From an uncultured Planctomycetia bacterium (GTDB taxonomy: Bacteria > Omnitrophota > Gorgyraeia > 1-14-0-20-64-10), in contig CAZQXN010000004.1 of NCBI GenBank assembly GCA_964597545.1, positions 6,683 through 70,682 on the forward strand: a stretch of DNA of 64,000 nucleotides, in the 5' to 3' direction. The notes under the pieces were generated by a model. That model had not been told where the DNA came from. It was given only the letters and a program-made list of their open reading frames with translations, and made no database searches. Below, in pieces: positions 1-9,809 of this stretch. The position numbers and the translations under genes were made by a program. Numbering within the stretch: position 1 is the stretch's first letter; each line of letters opens with the position of its first letter.

Positions 1-821
1 TCGATCGCTCCAAACAGCTTCCGATGGTGGTGGCCTCCCAGGAAGGGGGTGTTTCGATCGAGGAAACAGCGGTCTCCCGCCCCGAGGCGATTCTCACCAC
101 CCCCTTTGATCCTTTGCTGGGTCTCTATCCCTATCAGGCGCGTCGGATTATCAAAGGACTCAAGCTTCCAAAGGAGTATGAGTCTGCGGCCATCCAACAG
201 CTGGTTACACTTTCCCGCGGATTCTTCTCCAGCGATGCCTCGCTGGTAGAGATCAACCCCTGGGCGTTAACGAAGGAGCTGGGGCTGGTGGCACTGGATG
301 CCAAGCTGACCTTAGATGACAACGGCCTCTTTCGCCATCCAGAGTGGAACGAGCACAAAACCGCAGATGCCGACAGCCCCATCGAGGCCAAAGCCCGAGA
401 GATTGGCATCAACTACGTGGGATTGGAGGGAGCAGTGGGCTGCATGGTCAACGGTGCTGGGCTTGCGATGGCCACGATGGATTTGATCAAGCTGCACGGT
501 GGAGAGCCGGCCAATTTTTTGGATGTCGGGGGCGGCGCAGATGTCCATCAGGTTCGGGAGGCCTTCAAGCTGATCTTGGCCGATTCCAAGGTGAAGTCCG
601 TCCTCATCAATATCTTTGGCGGGATCATGCAGTGCGATGTAATTGCCCAAGGAATTGTTGAGGCTGCCAGCACGATCAAAGTCCAAGTTCCCTTGGTGGT
701 TCGCCTGGAGGGAACAAATGTTGAGCAAGGCCGCAAGCTTCTGGAGCAGTCCAAGCTTGGGCTCATCACTGCCGCTGACATGGATGAGGCTGCTCGGAAG
801 GTGGTGGAGGCGGCCCGATGA
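1..821 (+). CDS. sucC: Succinyl-CoA synthetase beta subunit, C-terminal part (gene continues upstream of window)
   Basis: Translation (...[23 protein letters not shown]...[22 protein letters not shown]...[14 protein letters not shown]...) matches the SucC CoA-ligase C-terminal domain. Stop overlaps the sucD start (ATGA at 818-821). Confidence 0.85.
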   Translation, partial: DRSKQLPMVVASQEGGVSIEETAVSRPEAILTTPFDPLLGLYPYQARRIIKGLKLPKEYESAAIQQLVTLSRGFFSSDASLVEINPWALTKELGLVALDAKLTLDDNGLFRHPEWNEHKTADADSPIEAKAREIGINYVGLEGAVGCMVNGAGLAMATMDLIKLHGGEPANFLDVGGGADVHQVREAFKLILADSKVKSVLINIFGGIMQCDVIAQGIVEAASTIKVQVPLVVRLEGTNVEQGRKLLEQSKLGLITAADMDEAARKVVEAAR

Positions 822-1738
822 GTGTTTTCCTGGATAAGACCACTCGGGTTATCGTTCAGGGGATTACCGGCAGGGCCGGTTCGTTCCACGCGACCCAGAT
901 GCTGGAGTATGGCACGCAGATTGTTGGGGGTGTTACCCCAGGGCGAGGCGGACAGCAGTGGGGGGAGCTTCCGATCTTTGATACCGTTGAGGAGGCGGTG
1001 GAAAAAACAGGCGCCACCGCCACCGCCATCTTTGTCCCTGCCCCACTGGGAGCCGATGCCATCTTAGAGGCCGTAGAGTCCAAGGTGAATCTGATTGTTG
1101 TCATCACTGAAGGTATCCCGGCACAAGAGATGCTTAAGGTCAAAGCGGTGCTTAAAAACAAAAGGGGTCAGACCCCCAAAGAGAAGGGGTCAGACCCTGT
1201 GATCATCGGTCCCAACGGCCCTGGGATCATTACCCCGGGCGAGGCTAAAATCGGCATCATGCCCGGCTACATCCACCGCCCAGGTTCCATCGGGGTGGTA
1301 TCTCGCTCCGGCACCTTAACCTATGAGGCAGTTTGGCAGTTGACCCAACTGGAGTTAGGACAATCCACCTGTATTGGCGTTGGTGGGGATACCCTCCCTG
1401 GAACCGGCTTTGTTGAGATTTTGGAATGTTTTGAGGCTGATCCTGCCACGCGCGCCATAGTTCTGATCGGTGAGATCGGAGGCTCTGCCGAAGAAGAGGC
1501 CGCTCGTTTCATCCGCGCCCGTGTTCATAAGCCGGTCGTTGCTTTTGTAGCCGGAGCTACCGCACCCGCGGAAAAGCGCATGGGTCATGCCGGCGCGGTG
1601 ATTGCCCAGGGGAAGGGGACCCATGCCTCCAAGATTGAGGCTCTAACTCAAGCCGGTGTCACCGTGGCCCAGAACCCTGCCCTCATTGGAAAGACCCTTG
1701 CCGAATGCCTTGCCGGACACAAGAAGCATGTAGGATGA
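818..1738 (+). CDS. sucD: Succinyl-CoA synthetase alpha subunit, with an unusual in-frame insert at about 1141-1200
   Basis: [45 protein letters not shown]...[41 protein letters not shown] is a canonical SucD. Translationally coupled to sucC. Confidence 0.9.
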   Translation: MSVFLDKTTRVIVQGITGRAGSFHATQMLEYGTQIVGGVTPGRGGQQWGELPIFDTVEEAVEKTGATATAIFVPAPLGADAILEAVESKVNLIVVITEGIPAQEMLKVKAVLKNKRGQTPKEKGSDPVIIGPNGPGIITPGEAKIGIMPGYIHRPGSIGVVSRSGTLTYEAVWQLTQLELGQSTCIGVGGDTLPGTGFVEILECFEADPATRAIVLIGEIGGSAEEEAARFIRARVHKPVVAFVAGATAPAEKRMGHAGAVIAQGKGTHASKIEALTQAGVTVAQNPALIGKTLAECLAGHKKHVG

Positions 1739-3678
1739 ACAAGCGCTGCCGGTTCTGGCTCTTGATCTGCGCAGCGGGCGCGGGTCTTGCGCTTGTTCGC
1801 TGGGTCTGGGCTGAGACTGCGGAGTTCATTACCTACTACCCCACCGCAGCCGGCATTGCCGCAACCAACACAGACAGCCTTGCCATCGGCTCTGCCTACT
1901 CCGGCCAGGTCCCTCCGGACGGCTCCCTCTGGGTAGCCGACAGAATCGGGATAGGCACCACAAGCCCCCAGGGCATCCTTCATGCAGTGGGTGTGGATGA
2001 TGCGACAAGCCTCGTCATCTTCAAAGAGGGCACAGATACCGCAGCCACAGGCGCCCCAGCAATCCGTGTTGGAATCGGCACAGACAGCCCGACCAAACAG
2101 TTGAGCTTAACCGGCAACCTGAGACTCCCCCCAACCACTGCAACCTCAGGCGTTCCAGATGGCGGGGCGATCTATCTTGGCACCAACCCCTTCATCCACG
2201 CCTACGGCACCGACAATACCTTTGCCGGTGCCAATGCCGGCAATTTCACCTTGACCACAGCAGAGGCCGCCCAAAACACCGGCATCGGCACCTCAGCCCT
2301 AGCGGGCCTTACCACAGGCAGCGACAACACAGCCGTAGGCTACCAGGCCCTAAACGCCAACACCACAGGGGCGCACAACGTTGCCGTGGGATCCGAGGCG
2401 ATGCTCGAGAACACCACCGGATCCTACAACGTCGCCGCTGGCGGCGAGGCCTTAGAGAGCAACACCACTGGAGAACACAACGTTGCAGTCGGCCGGCAGG
2501 CCCTTCAGGCCAGCCAAACAGCAGACGCCAATGTTGCTGTTGGCAGCGAGGCGCTTACCGTCAATACCACAGGGACCCTCAATGTTGCCGTGGGTTACCA
2601 GGCGCTGCACTCGAATACCACCGGCAACTACAATGTTGCCATAGGCGCAGAAGCGCTCCAATCCAACGTCACCGGGGAGCACAACACCGCTGTCGGTACT
2701 CAGGCGCTCTTAGCGAATACCGCAAGCAACAATACCGCTTTCGGCCACCGGGCCTTAGCCGCCAATACCACCGGCGTCAACAATTCTGCTTTTGGTGCGC
2801 AGGCCCTGATGAGCAACACCACCGGAAGCAACAACACCGCTTTTGGCGCCTATGCTCTTGAGAGTAACACCACCGGAAGCAACAACGTTGCCGTTGGGGT
2901 CCAAGCACTCTACAACAACGATGCTGACGGTAATGTTGCCGTGGGCCGCTCCGCTCTGCAGGCCAATGTCGCAGGGACCCACAATGTTGCAGTGGGCTAC
3001 TATGCAGGGGCCAATGCTACCGGAAACGGCAATGTTTTTGTTGGATATTCCGCAGGCCCTACCAGTGCGTCATCCGACTCTAACAGGCTTTACATCGACA
3101 ACTCTGCTTCCGACACCCCCTTGATCTACGGCGACTTCACCGATGGAAGTGAGCTCGCTGCCGTAAACGGCAACCTGGGTGTCGGTACCTCCACCTTTGG
3201 TACCGGTGCCGTTGGCGTGCTCGCCATCGCAGAGGGCACCATCCCCACCTCAAGCTCGGCCAACCAAATCCAGCTTTACGCGCAGAAGGTTACCGGAAAA
3301 GCAGAGCTCAAAGTCCTAGACGAAGCCGGCAACATTACCACACTCTCCCCCCACAACTTCACGCTCATCCCCCAAGGCCCCAGCGAACCTCTCGCCTGGT
3401 CCTTCTACTCCGAGCGAGGAGAGGCCGCCATCAACGTAGATCTGCTCAAAGCCATCCGCTTAGTCGAGCATCTCACCGGCGAACAGATCGCATATTTTAA
3501 AACACAGCAACCCACCCCCCTCCAACAGCATGACAAACCCAGTTTAAGAGAGATCCGTAACCAGATCACCGCCCTGAAAACCCACAACCGCCTGCTTCAA
3601 CAGCGGTTGGATACCGGGGAAAGACAGCTTTCTCTTCTTGAAGAAACACTTCACCGCCTGCGGGAGGAGATACAGTGA
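1735..3678 (+). CDS. Secreted beta-helix repeat protein, paralog A (tail-fibre-like N-[TV]-A-[VI]-G...N-T-T-G 17-residue repeats)
   Basis: - ATG at 1735 overlaps the sucD stop (ATGA).
- Signal-peptide-like N-terminus ([26 protein letters not shown]).
- About 17 tandem repeats of the type NVAVGxxALxxNTTGxx.
- Conserved C-terminal module ([14 protein letters not shown]...[26 protein letters not shown]) plus a coiled-coil tail. Confidence 0.7.
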   Translation: MNKRCRFWLLICAAGAGLALVRWVWAETAEFITYYPTAAGIAATNTDSLAIGSAYSGQVPPDGSLWVADRIGIGTTSPQGILHAVGVDDATSLVIFKEGTDTAATGAPAIRVGIGTDSPTKQLSLTGNLRLPPTTATSGVPDGGAIYLGTNPFIHAYGTDNTFAGANAGNFTLTTAEAAQNTGIGTSALAGLTTGSDNTAVGYQALNANTTGAHNVAVGSEAMLENTTGSYNVAAGGEALESNTTGEHNVAVGRQALQASQTADANVAVGSEALTVNTTGTLNVAVGYQALHSNTTGNYNVAIGAEALQSNVTGEHNTAVGTQALLANTASNNTAFGHRALAANTTGVNNSAFGAQALMSNTTGSNNTAFGAYALESNTTGSNNVAVGVQALYNNDADGNVAVGRSALQANVAGTHNVAVGYYAGANATGNGNVFVGYSAGPTSASSDSNRLYIDNSASDTPLIYGDFTDGSELAAVNGNLGVGTSTFGTGAVGVLAIAEGTIPTSSSANQIQLYAQKVTGKAELKVLDEAGNITTLSPHNFTLIPQGPSEPLAWSFYSERGEAAINVDLLKAIRLVEHLTGEQIAYFKTQQPTPLQQHDKPSLREIRNQITALKTHNRLLQQRLDTGERQLSLLEETLHRLREEIQ

Positions 3679-5606
3679 TCCCCCGCCTTAGAACCGGACG
3701 CAAGGTCTCCTTCTTGCTGGCGGGGCTCTTCCTAGTTCGTTTGGCGTGGGCCGAGACCGTAGAGTTGGTCACCTCTTACCCCACCACCGCAGGAGGAGGA
3801 ATCATCAACACCGACAGCCTTGCCGTCGGTTCTGACTACTCCGGCCAAACCCCCCCTGACGGCACCCTCTTAGTTGCCGACAAGGTCGCTATCGGTACCA
3901 CCACCCCTGCCGGCCCCCTCCATGCAGTGGGTGTGGATGACGCAGCGAGTCTCGTCATCTTCGAGGAGGGCACCGACACCGCAGCCACAGGCACCCCAGA
4001 GATCCGCTTAGGGTTAGGCACAGACACCCCCCAAGAACAGCTTCACTTAACCGGTAACCTCATTCTCCCCAAGACCACCGCCACCTCTGGAGCTATTTAT
4101 CTTGGCGCCGACCCCTTTATCCACGGCTATCATGACGCCTACAACAACCTCTTTGTGGGTGCCCAGGCAGGCAACTTTACGATGGACAGCTCTGCCAGCT
4201 GCAACATCGGCATAGGGGCCCTTGCACTCAATGGTTTAACTGAAGAGGGGCAGAATACCGGTGTCGGCTACAAAACCTTCTTTTCCACCACAGAGGGGAA
4301 TAGGAGCGTTGCCGTGGGCAGCAAGGCTCTCAGCAGCCACATGACCGGAGATATGCAGGTTGCCATCGGCGCAGATGCTATGTTGGCGGATGAAGCGGGG
4401 TTCGGAAGCGTTGCCGTAGGATGCGCAGCGTTGTCAGAGCATACCTTCGTTGCAAATAATGTCGCTATTGGGTACGGGGTCATGAACGAACTTACCGCAA
4501 ACAGCAGCGTTGCTGTGGGGTACTTTGCCATGCACGCTTCCGTCAACCCCATAGCCCCCGTTGCCATCGGAGCGCATGCGCTTGAAAACATGGAAAGCGG
4601 ACATTATCAAAATGCTGTGGGCGCCTTAGCCCTATCTTCGAGCACCGCTGCCGACTACAACACCGCTGTAGGCTTCTCTGCCTTGCAGAACAACACAATC
4701 GGTGAGGCCAACGATGCTTTTGGGGCGTATGCGCTTAACGACAACACCACCATGGACAGCAATATTGCCATAGGCACGTATGCTCTGATGCACAATACTG
4801 TTGGGATACAAAACCTTGCTGTTGGGGTCGAGGCTGTCCGCAATTCCAGTAACCACCGCAACCTTGCATTGGGCAGGTCTGCTTTACGAGACAGCACAAC
4901 AGGGCGGAATAATGTTGTGATCGGTTTTGAAGCAGGGGTCAGTGCAACCGGAAATTACAACGTCTTTATTGGTTCGCAGGCCGGCAGCAATGAGACCGGC
5001 GACAACACCCTCTACATCGAAAACTCCGCTTCCTCCACCCCCTTGATCTACGGTGAGTTTGACAACGATCTGATCGCCATCAACGGCAACCTGGGTGTCG
5101 GTACCTCCACCTTTGGCACCGGTGCCGTTGGCGTGCTCGCCATCGCAGAGGGCACCATCCCCGGCTCAAGCCCGGCCAACCAAATCCAGCTCTACGCAGA
5201 AGAGGTCTCCTCCAGCTCAGAGCTCAAGGTCCGCGATGAAGGTGGCACCATCACCACACTCTCCCCCCACAACTTTACGCTCATCCCCCAAGGCCCCAGC
5301 GAGCCGATGGCTTGGTCCTTTTACTCCAAGCGGGGAACCCAGGCCATCAACGCCGACATACTCAAAACAGTTCGCCTCATCGAAAAGCTTTCCGGCGAGC
5401 AGCTTGTCTGGATCAAGAGCCTAAGCAGCCCACAGCCCCCTCCATCCCAGACAGCAACAGAGCCTTCCGCCTTACTCCTTGTCCAGCAGGAGCTCGAAAC
5501 CCTCAAGGCCCAGAATCAAATCCTCAGGCAGCGCCTCAAGCAACAGAGAGGGCGCATCCAATCCTTTCAAGGAGCCCTTCAGCAGCTTAAGGAGCTCCTC
5601 CGATGA
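3675..5606 (+). CDS. Secreted beta-helix repeat protein, paralog B
   Basis: - GTG start overlaps the stop of paralog A (GTGA).
- Same architecture as A: signal peptide, ETVELVTSYPTTAGG N-module, degenerate NxAxG repeats, conserved [27 protein letters not shown]-module, coiled-coil tail. Confidence 0.7.
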   Translation: MIPRLRTGRKVSFLLAGLFLVRLAWAETVELVTSYPTTAGGGIINTDSLAVGSDYSGQTPPDGTLLVADKVAIGTTTPAGPLHAVGVDDAASLVIFEEGTDTAATGTPEIRLGLGTDTPQEQLHLTGNLILPKTTATSGAIYLGADPFIHGYHDAYNNLFVGAQAGNFTMDSSASCNIGIGALALNGLTEEGQNTGVGYKTFFSTTEGNRSVAVGSKALSSHMTGDMQVAIGADAMLADEAGFGSVAVGCAALSEHTFVANNVAIGYGVMNELTANSSVAVGYFAMHASVNPIAPVAIGAHALENMESGHYQNAVGALALSSSTAADYNTAVGFSALQNNTIGEANDAFGAYALNDNTTMDSNIAIGTYALMHNTVGIQNLAVGVEAVRNSSNHRNLALGRSALRDSTTGRNNVVIGFEAGVSATGNYNVFIGSQAGSNETGDNTLYIENSASSTPLIYGEFDNDLIAINGNLGVGTSTFGTGAVGVLAIAEGTIPGSSPANQIQLYAEEVSSSSELKVRDEGGTITTLSPHNFTLIPQGPSEPMAWSFYSKRGTQAINADILKTVRLIEKLSGEQLVWIKSLSSPQPPPSQTATEPSALLLVQQELETLKAQNQILRQRLKQQRGRIQSFQGALQQLKELLR

Positions 5607-7690
5607 CCTTGCGATCAATCCGACACTGGGCCCTCTTGTTCTTGGCAGTTGCCTCCTTTACCTGGCTGGCCCGGGCAGACACCGTGGAATTCACCATCTA
5701 CCACCCGGTCTCAACCGGTGCCGGAGGAACACACGCCGATGAACTGGCCATCGGATCTACCTACTCCAGCGAGACCCCCGGCGACGGCAGCTTAATCGTC
5801 GCCGACCGCTTAGGGATAGGGACCACCAGCCCCGCAGGCCCCCTCCATGTGGTAGGTGTGGACGACACAACCAGCTACGTCATCTTCAAGGAAGGGGCCA
5901 ACACCGCAGCTGCCGGCACCCCGGAGATCCGCGTAGGACTCGGCACCGACGACCCCCAAGAACAACTTCACTTAACCGGTAACCTCAGACTCCCCCCAAC
6001 CACCGTTGACTACGGCTACAAAGCTGGAGTCATCTATACCGACCCCGAAGGTTCCCTGAACCACTATATTCACGGTGATGGTGTTTCAGGAACCTTTATT
6101 GGAAGAGGAGCGGGCAATCTGGTGGTTGATTCCGCGATTGCCCGAAACGTTGGTATCGGCCGATCTGCCCTTTGTGATCCGGACTATACCGGATCAGACA
6201 ATACGGCTGTGGGGGGCAGCGCCTTAAGCTTCAATGAAGATGGGCAGTGGAATGTGGTTGTTGGAGATAGTGCGATGGCTTACAATCTTTCCGGGACTTC
6301 AAATACCGCTTTGGGCCTTTCTGCACTCAATAGCAACACAACCGGCAACTCCAACGTTGCTCTGGGATACAACGCTTTGGTTCAGAACACGACAGGGAGT
6401 TTTAACACTGCTGTTGGGGTGCGCACTTTAACTCAAAGTGCCGACGGCGAAAGGAATGTGGCCGTTGGAGCCAACGCCCTCAGGGACAATCAGGCTGTCG
6501 GCAGCAATGTGGCAGTCGGCGCTGGAGCGCTTGCATCAAATACTACCGGAGAGGGAAATGTTGCCGTAGGCATTGCCTGCCTCGGGCGAAATAGTACCGC
6601 AGATCACAATACGGGCATAGGTCGCTTTGCGCTGTGGGAAAACACCACAGGCTCAGAAAATTCGGTTTTGAGCGGATGGGAGGGTGGCAAAGACAACACA
6701 ACCGGAAGCAGTAACACCGGCGCAGGGTGTAGGGTTCTCTACAGGAATACAACAGCGAGCGACCAAGTTGCGCTGGGTGGGATGGCGCTTGGTAACAGTG
6801 CTCTTGGGGACGGCAGCGTTGGGATTGGCCAATCCGCACTTGCCGCAGATCAGGCAGGGCCCAACAACGTTGTCATTGGCTATGAGGCGGGAAAGTTAGC
6901 TTGCGGTGCCGGCTGCGTCTTTATCGGAAACTGGGTTGGTAGAAGCGAGATGGATAGCGAACAACTCCACATCGATAACTCCTCCACAGACACCCCCTTG
7001 ATCTGCGGTGAGTTCACCGATGGCAGCGAGCTCGTCACCGTAAACCACAACTTAGGTGTTGGCACCGCCACCTTTGGCACCGGTGCCGTTGGCGTGCTCG
7101 CCATCGCCAACGGCGCTATCCCCACCTCAAGCCCGGCCGACCAGATCCAGCTCTACGCTCAGGATGTGGATCAAGGAGGCGGCACCATGCGCTCAGAGCT
7201 TTATGTCCGGGACGAAGCCGGCAATCCGCCCACAAAGCTCTCGGATCCACCCCTGGTGGCAGCTCGCCTCACACCCGGGATCCCGGAGGATTGCAGCAAT
7301 GTGACTGCACTCTCCCCCCATAACTTCTCCCTGATCCCTGGGGGTCCCAGTGAACCGATGGCCTGGTCCTTCTACTCTGAACGTGGAGATACCGCCATCA
7401 ACGTAGACATGCTCAGAGTCGTCCGCTTGGTGGAGCAGATCTCTGGTGAGCACCTCGTCTACCTCAAAGATCTCAAAGCCGGTCAATATTTCCTGCAGCT
7501 GGCCGACATGAAAGAGCTTCCCAGCATAAAACAGTTGAGCGAGCAGGTCGCCACCGTCGGCGCTGAGCAGCGTGCTTTCGAACAGGAGTTGGCAGCGCAG
7601 GAGGAAGATCTGCGCCTCATCCAAGAAATGCTAACCGGGGACGGTCCATTTGGGGACACACCGTGGTCGGCCATTGCGAAAAGGCAGTAG
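5603..7690 (+). CDS. Secreted beta-helix repeat protein, paralog C
   Basis: - ATG overlaps the stop of paralog B (ATGA).
- Signal peptide, conserved N- and C-modules ([26 protein letters not shown]), divergent repeat core.
- 3' end overlaps the left inverted repeat of the RAYT cassette. Confidence 0.7.
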   Translation: MTLRSIRHWALLFLAVASFTWLARADTVEFTIYHPVSTGAGGTHADELAIGSTYSSETPGDGSLIVADRLGIGTTSPAGPLHVVGVDDTTSYVIFKEGANTAAAGTPEIRVGLGTDDPQEQLHLTGNLRLPPTTVDYGYKAGVIYTDPEGSLNHYIHGDGVSGTFIGRGAGNLVVDSAIARNVGIGRSALCDPDYTGSDNTAVGGSALSFNEDGQWNVVVGDSAMAYNLSGTSNTALGLSALNSNTTGNSNVALGYNALVQNTTGSFNTAVGVRTLTQSADGERNVAVGANALRDNQAVGSNVAVGAGALASNTTGEGNVAVGIACLGRNSTADHNTGIGRFALWENTTGSENSVLSGWEGGKDNTTGSSNTGAGCRVLYRNTTASDQVALGGMALGNSALGDGSVGIGQSALAADQAGPNNVVIGYEAGKLACGAGCVFIGNWVGRSEMDSEQLHIDNSSTDTPLICGEFTDGSELVTVNHNLGVGTATFGTGAVGVLAIANGAIPTSSPADQIQLYAQDVDQGGGTMRSELYVRDEAGNPPTKLSDPPLVAARLTPGIPEDCSNVTALSPHNFSLIPGGPSEPMAWSFYSERGDTAINVDMLRVVRLVEQISGEHLVYLKDLKAGQYFLQLADMKELPSIKQLSEQVATVGAEQRAFEQELAAQEEDLRLIQEMLTGDGPFGDTPWSAIAKRQ

Positions 7691-7742
7691 TTAATAGAGG
7701 GCGCGATAGAGAAGAAGCAAGTTTCCTATTTCTGACATAATA

Positions 7743-7772
7743 TTGATAATATGCAAAATCTTGTGGTATGCT
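7743..7772 (+). promoter_or_regulatory. Putative sigma70-type promoter for the RAYT gene (TTGATA - 18 nt - TATGCT, with TG upstream)
   Basis: TTGATA at 7743-7748 and TATGCT at 7767-7772 in an AT-rich gap upstream of the ATG at 7792. Shares an ATATGCAA motif with two other promoter-like sites. Confidence 0.35.
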
Positions 7773-7791
7773 GTCGATCGGGTAATAAAAC

Positions 7792-8388
7792 ATGCCACGA
7801 GTTGCAAGACAAGCCAGTGCGGCGGGATATTATCATGTTGTAGCCAGAGGGCATAACCGTCAGGCCATCTTCCGGGATTCCCAAGACTACCAACAATACC
7901 TCATCTATTTGTCACGTTTTAAAGAAGCGCCATCCTGTCGCTGTTACCATTTCTGCCTTATGCCGAATCATCTCCATTTGTTGCTTGGGATGGATTCTGT
8001 GCGTTCTCTCACTGGGATGATGCGACGAGTGCAGCAGGCATACCAGTTTCATTGGCGTCGTCGCTATGATCTCGTAGGCAATCTTTGGCAGGGAAGGTTT
8101 AAGAGTATTCCGGTTGATCAAGACGAGTACTTATTGGAGGCCAGTCGCTATATTGAACGGAATCCCGTCCGGGCGAAATTATGCGTTCTTCCTGAAGACT
8201 ATCCGTGGTCGAGCGCTCACCTTTACCTTAAGGAGCGAAGCAAAGGGTGCGGTTTGCTTGATTTGAGCCCGGCGTACTTGATGTTAGGTTCCAGCGAAGA
8301 GAAGAGACGGCAACGGTACCGGGAACACATAATGCAAGTACGGCCATATGACCAATTGGTTGACGCACAGATGGAGCGACTGATTTGA
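7792..8388 (+). CDS. REP-associated tyrosine transposase (RAYT), IS200/IS605 TnpA-like HUH Y1 transposase
   Basis: N-terminal YHVVARGHNRQAIF and HUH motif LMPNHLHLLL are typical of Tnp_REP / Y1 transposases. 198 aa. Confidence 0.8.
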   Translation: MPRVARQASAAGYYHVVARGHNRQAIFRDSQDYQQYLIYLSRFKEAPSCRCYHFCLMPNHLHLLLGMDSVRSLTGMMRRVQQAYQFHWRRRYDLVGNLWQGRFKSIPVDQDEYLLEASRYIERNPVRAKLCVLPEDYPWSSAHLYLKERSKGCGLLDLSPAYLMLGSSEEKRRQRYREHIMQVRPYDQLVDAQMERLI

Positions 8389-8450
8389 TGTGCAACGAGG
8401 ACACCTTCCCGGTCAAGGTGATGTAGGTGTGTCCCCAAATGGACCGTCCC

Positions 8451-9809
8451 CTATTGGGTTTGGCCGGTAAAGGTAAAGTCCTTCAACAGCACAGCCGGGG
8501 TGACCACCGAGGTAGCGCCTGAGATCGGATCGGCCACCAGACGAACCTCCTCGGAAAGGGCCTGGATTTTTGAGAAGGCCTGAAGAATCGACTGCGTAAA
8601 CCGTAAATTCTTCACAGCGCTCACCACCCTACCTCTCTCCACCAGAAAGGTTCCGTCTCGAGTCAACCCCGTCATCAAGGCCTGCTGTGTGTCGAGCAGC
8701 CCGTTGACGTAGTGGAAGCGAGTAATCCATAGCCCTCGATCCATACATTGAAGCATTTGGTGATGCGGTACCTTACCCGGGGCCACACAGAGATGGGCGG
8801 CCCCGGGCCCTTCGGCGGCTTCGTCAAAGGCAGGGGCATGCCCGGTGGAGTGGCGGTGGTACAGCTTGGCGTATTGGCTGTCAAAGACCACCCCGCGGGC
8901 CCGTCCCCCCTCAACCAGCGGTACGCGCCTCTTCGGGATCCCTTCAAAATCAAAGGGAGTTGCCAGCCCGCGGGTATCGGTACCGTCATCCCAGATCGAC
9001 AGCGTTGGATGCATGAGTTGCTCTCCCATGCGGCCTGCAAAACAGCTGGTTCGCTCATGCAGCTGTTTGGCCCCAAAGGCGATGGTGGAAAGCCACTCCA
9101 CCAATTCCGCCACCGCCTCGGGCTCAAGCAGGACATTGTACTTCCCCAACCGGATGGTTTTGGAGTTCCTGTTATGCCTGCAGTGGTCCAGGGCTTGCTG
9201 TAGAAGGGACTGTGGGTTGAGGGTCTTGGGGTCGCGAACAGCCCCTGCTGCAAAGCCAGAAGCCTTGCCTTGGGTGGGAATCAATCTTAAGCCCGTGGTT
9301 GAGAAGGGCTGATACTGCGCAAGCCCCCCAGAGCCTACCACGCAGAACTCCTCCTCTCCTGTTGCAAAGGAGCCGGCCAAGTCCATTCCAGCGCGGTGGG
9401 TTTGTTGGGAGAGCTCTCGGATCATTCGGATGTTCTTGGTCAGGTTCTGGCGGTGATCCACTGGGAAGTGCGTCTTGATGGGGGCGGGTTTTTCGCGGGG
9501 TGGATGCGCGCTGAAGGCCGGTGCAGTCTGCTTGCTGGGGAGCCGTGCAATTTGAAGCGCAGAGGCAATCGCGCAAGTGAGTGCACGGTCGCTCAGTGAA
9601 GATGTGGTGGCAACCCCGGCGCGCCCCTCTGCCGCTACCTTGACCCAGACGGTGACATCCTCCTCATGGAAATTTTGATGAATGGCACCCCCGGCAAAGC
9701 GCAGGGTAGTCTTGGCGCCCCGCTGTACGGTTAAAAGGGTCTCATCGGCCGGTGATCTCTTTGCCGCCTCCTTAAGTACAGTCACCATGCGGGATTTACC
9801 CAGGAGCAT
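8451..9809 (-). CDS. pmbA: TldE/PmbA-family metalloprotease-associated protein
   Basis: 452-aa protein with TldD/PmbA-family layout. Start overlaps the stop of the tldD-like gene upstream on the minus strand. Confidence 0.75.
   Translation of the reverse strand: MLLGKSRMVTVLKEAAKRSPADETLLTVQRGAKTTLRFAGGAIHQNFHEEDVTVWVKVAAEGRAGVATTSSLSDRALTCAIASALQIARLPSKQTAPAFSAHPPREKPAPIKTHFPVDHRQNLTKNIRMIRELSQQTHRAGMDLAGSFATGEEEFCVVGSGGLAQYQPFSTTGLRLIPTQGKASGFAAGAVRDPKTLNPQSLLQQALDHCRHNRNSKTIRLGKYNVLLEPEAVAELVEWLSTIAFGAKQLHERTSCFAGRMGEQLMHPTLSIWDDGTDTRGLATPFDFEGIPKRRVPLVEGGRARGVVFDSQYAKLYHRHSTGHAPAFDEAAEGPGAAHLCVAPGKVPHHQMLQCMDRGLWITRFHYVNGLLDTQQALMTGLTRDGTFLVERGRVVSAVKNLRFTQSILQAFSKIQALSEEVRLVADPISGATSVVTPAVLLKDFTFTGQTQ

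Larger units (their letters stand above)
7637..8451 (+). mobile_element. RAYT / IS200-like cassette bounded by perfect 26-bp inverted repeats (7637-7662 and 8426-8451)
   Basis: GGGGACGGTCCATTTGGGGACACACC at 7637-7662 is the exact reverse complement of 8426-8451. The pair brackets the transposase ORF. Confidence 0.6.

Noticed and set aside
134-889. Antisense and overlapping ORFs inside sucC/sucD (134..412-, 312..728-, 548..889-, 344..661+).
   Set aside because: Shadow ORFs typical of high-GC DNA, lying entirely within well-supported sucC/sucD coding sequence.
5095-5590. Pro/Ser-rich +2 frame ORFs (5095..5424, 5312..5590, 7056..7304) within the beta-helix genes.
   Set aside because: Alternative-frame readings of repeat-rich coding DNA. 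No independent support.
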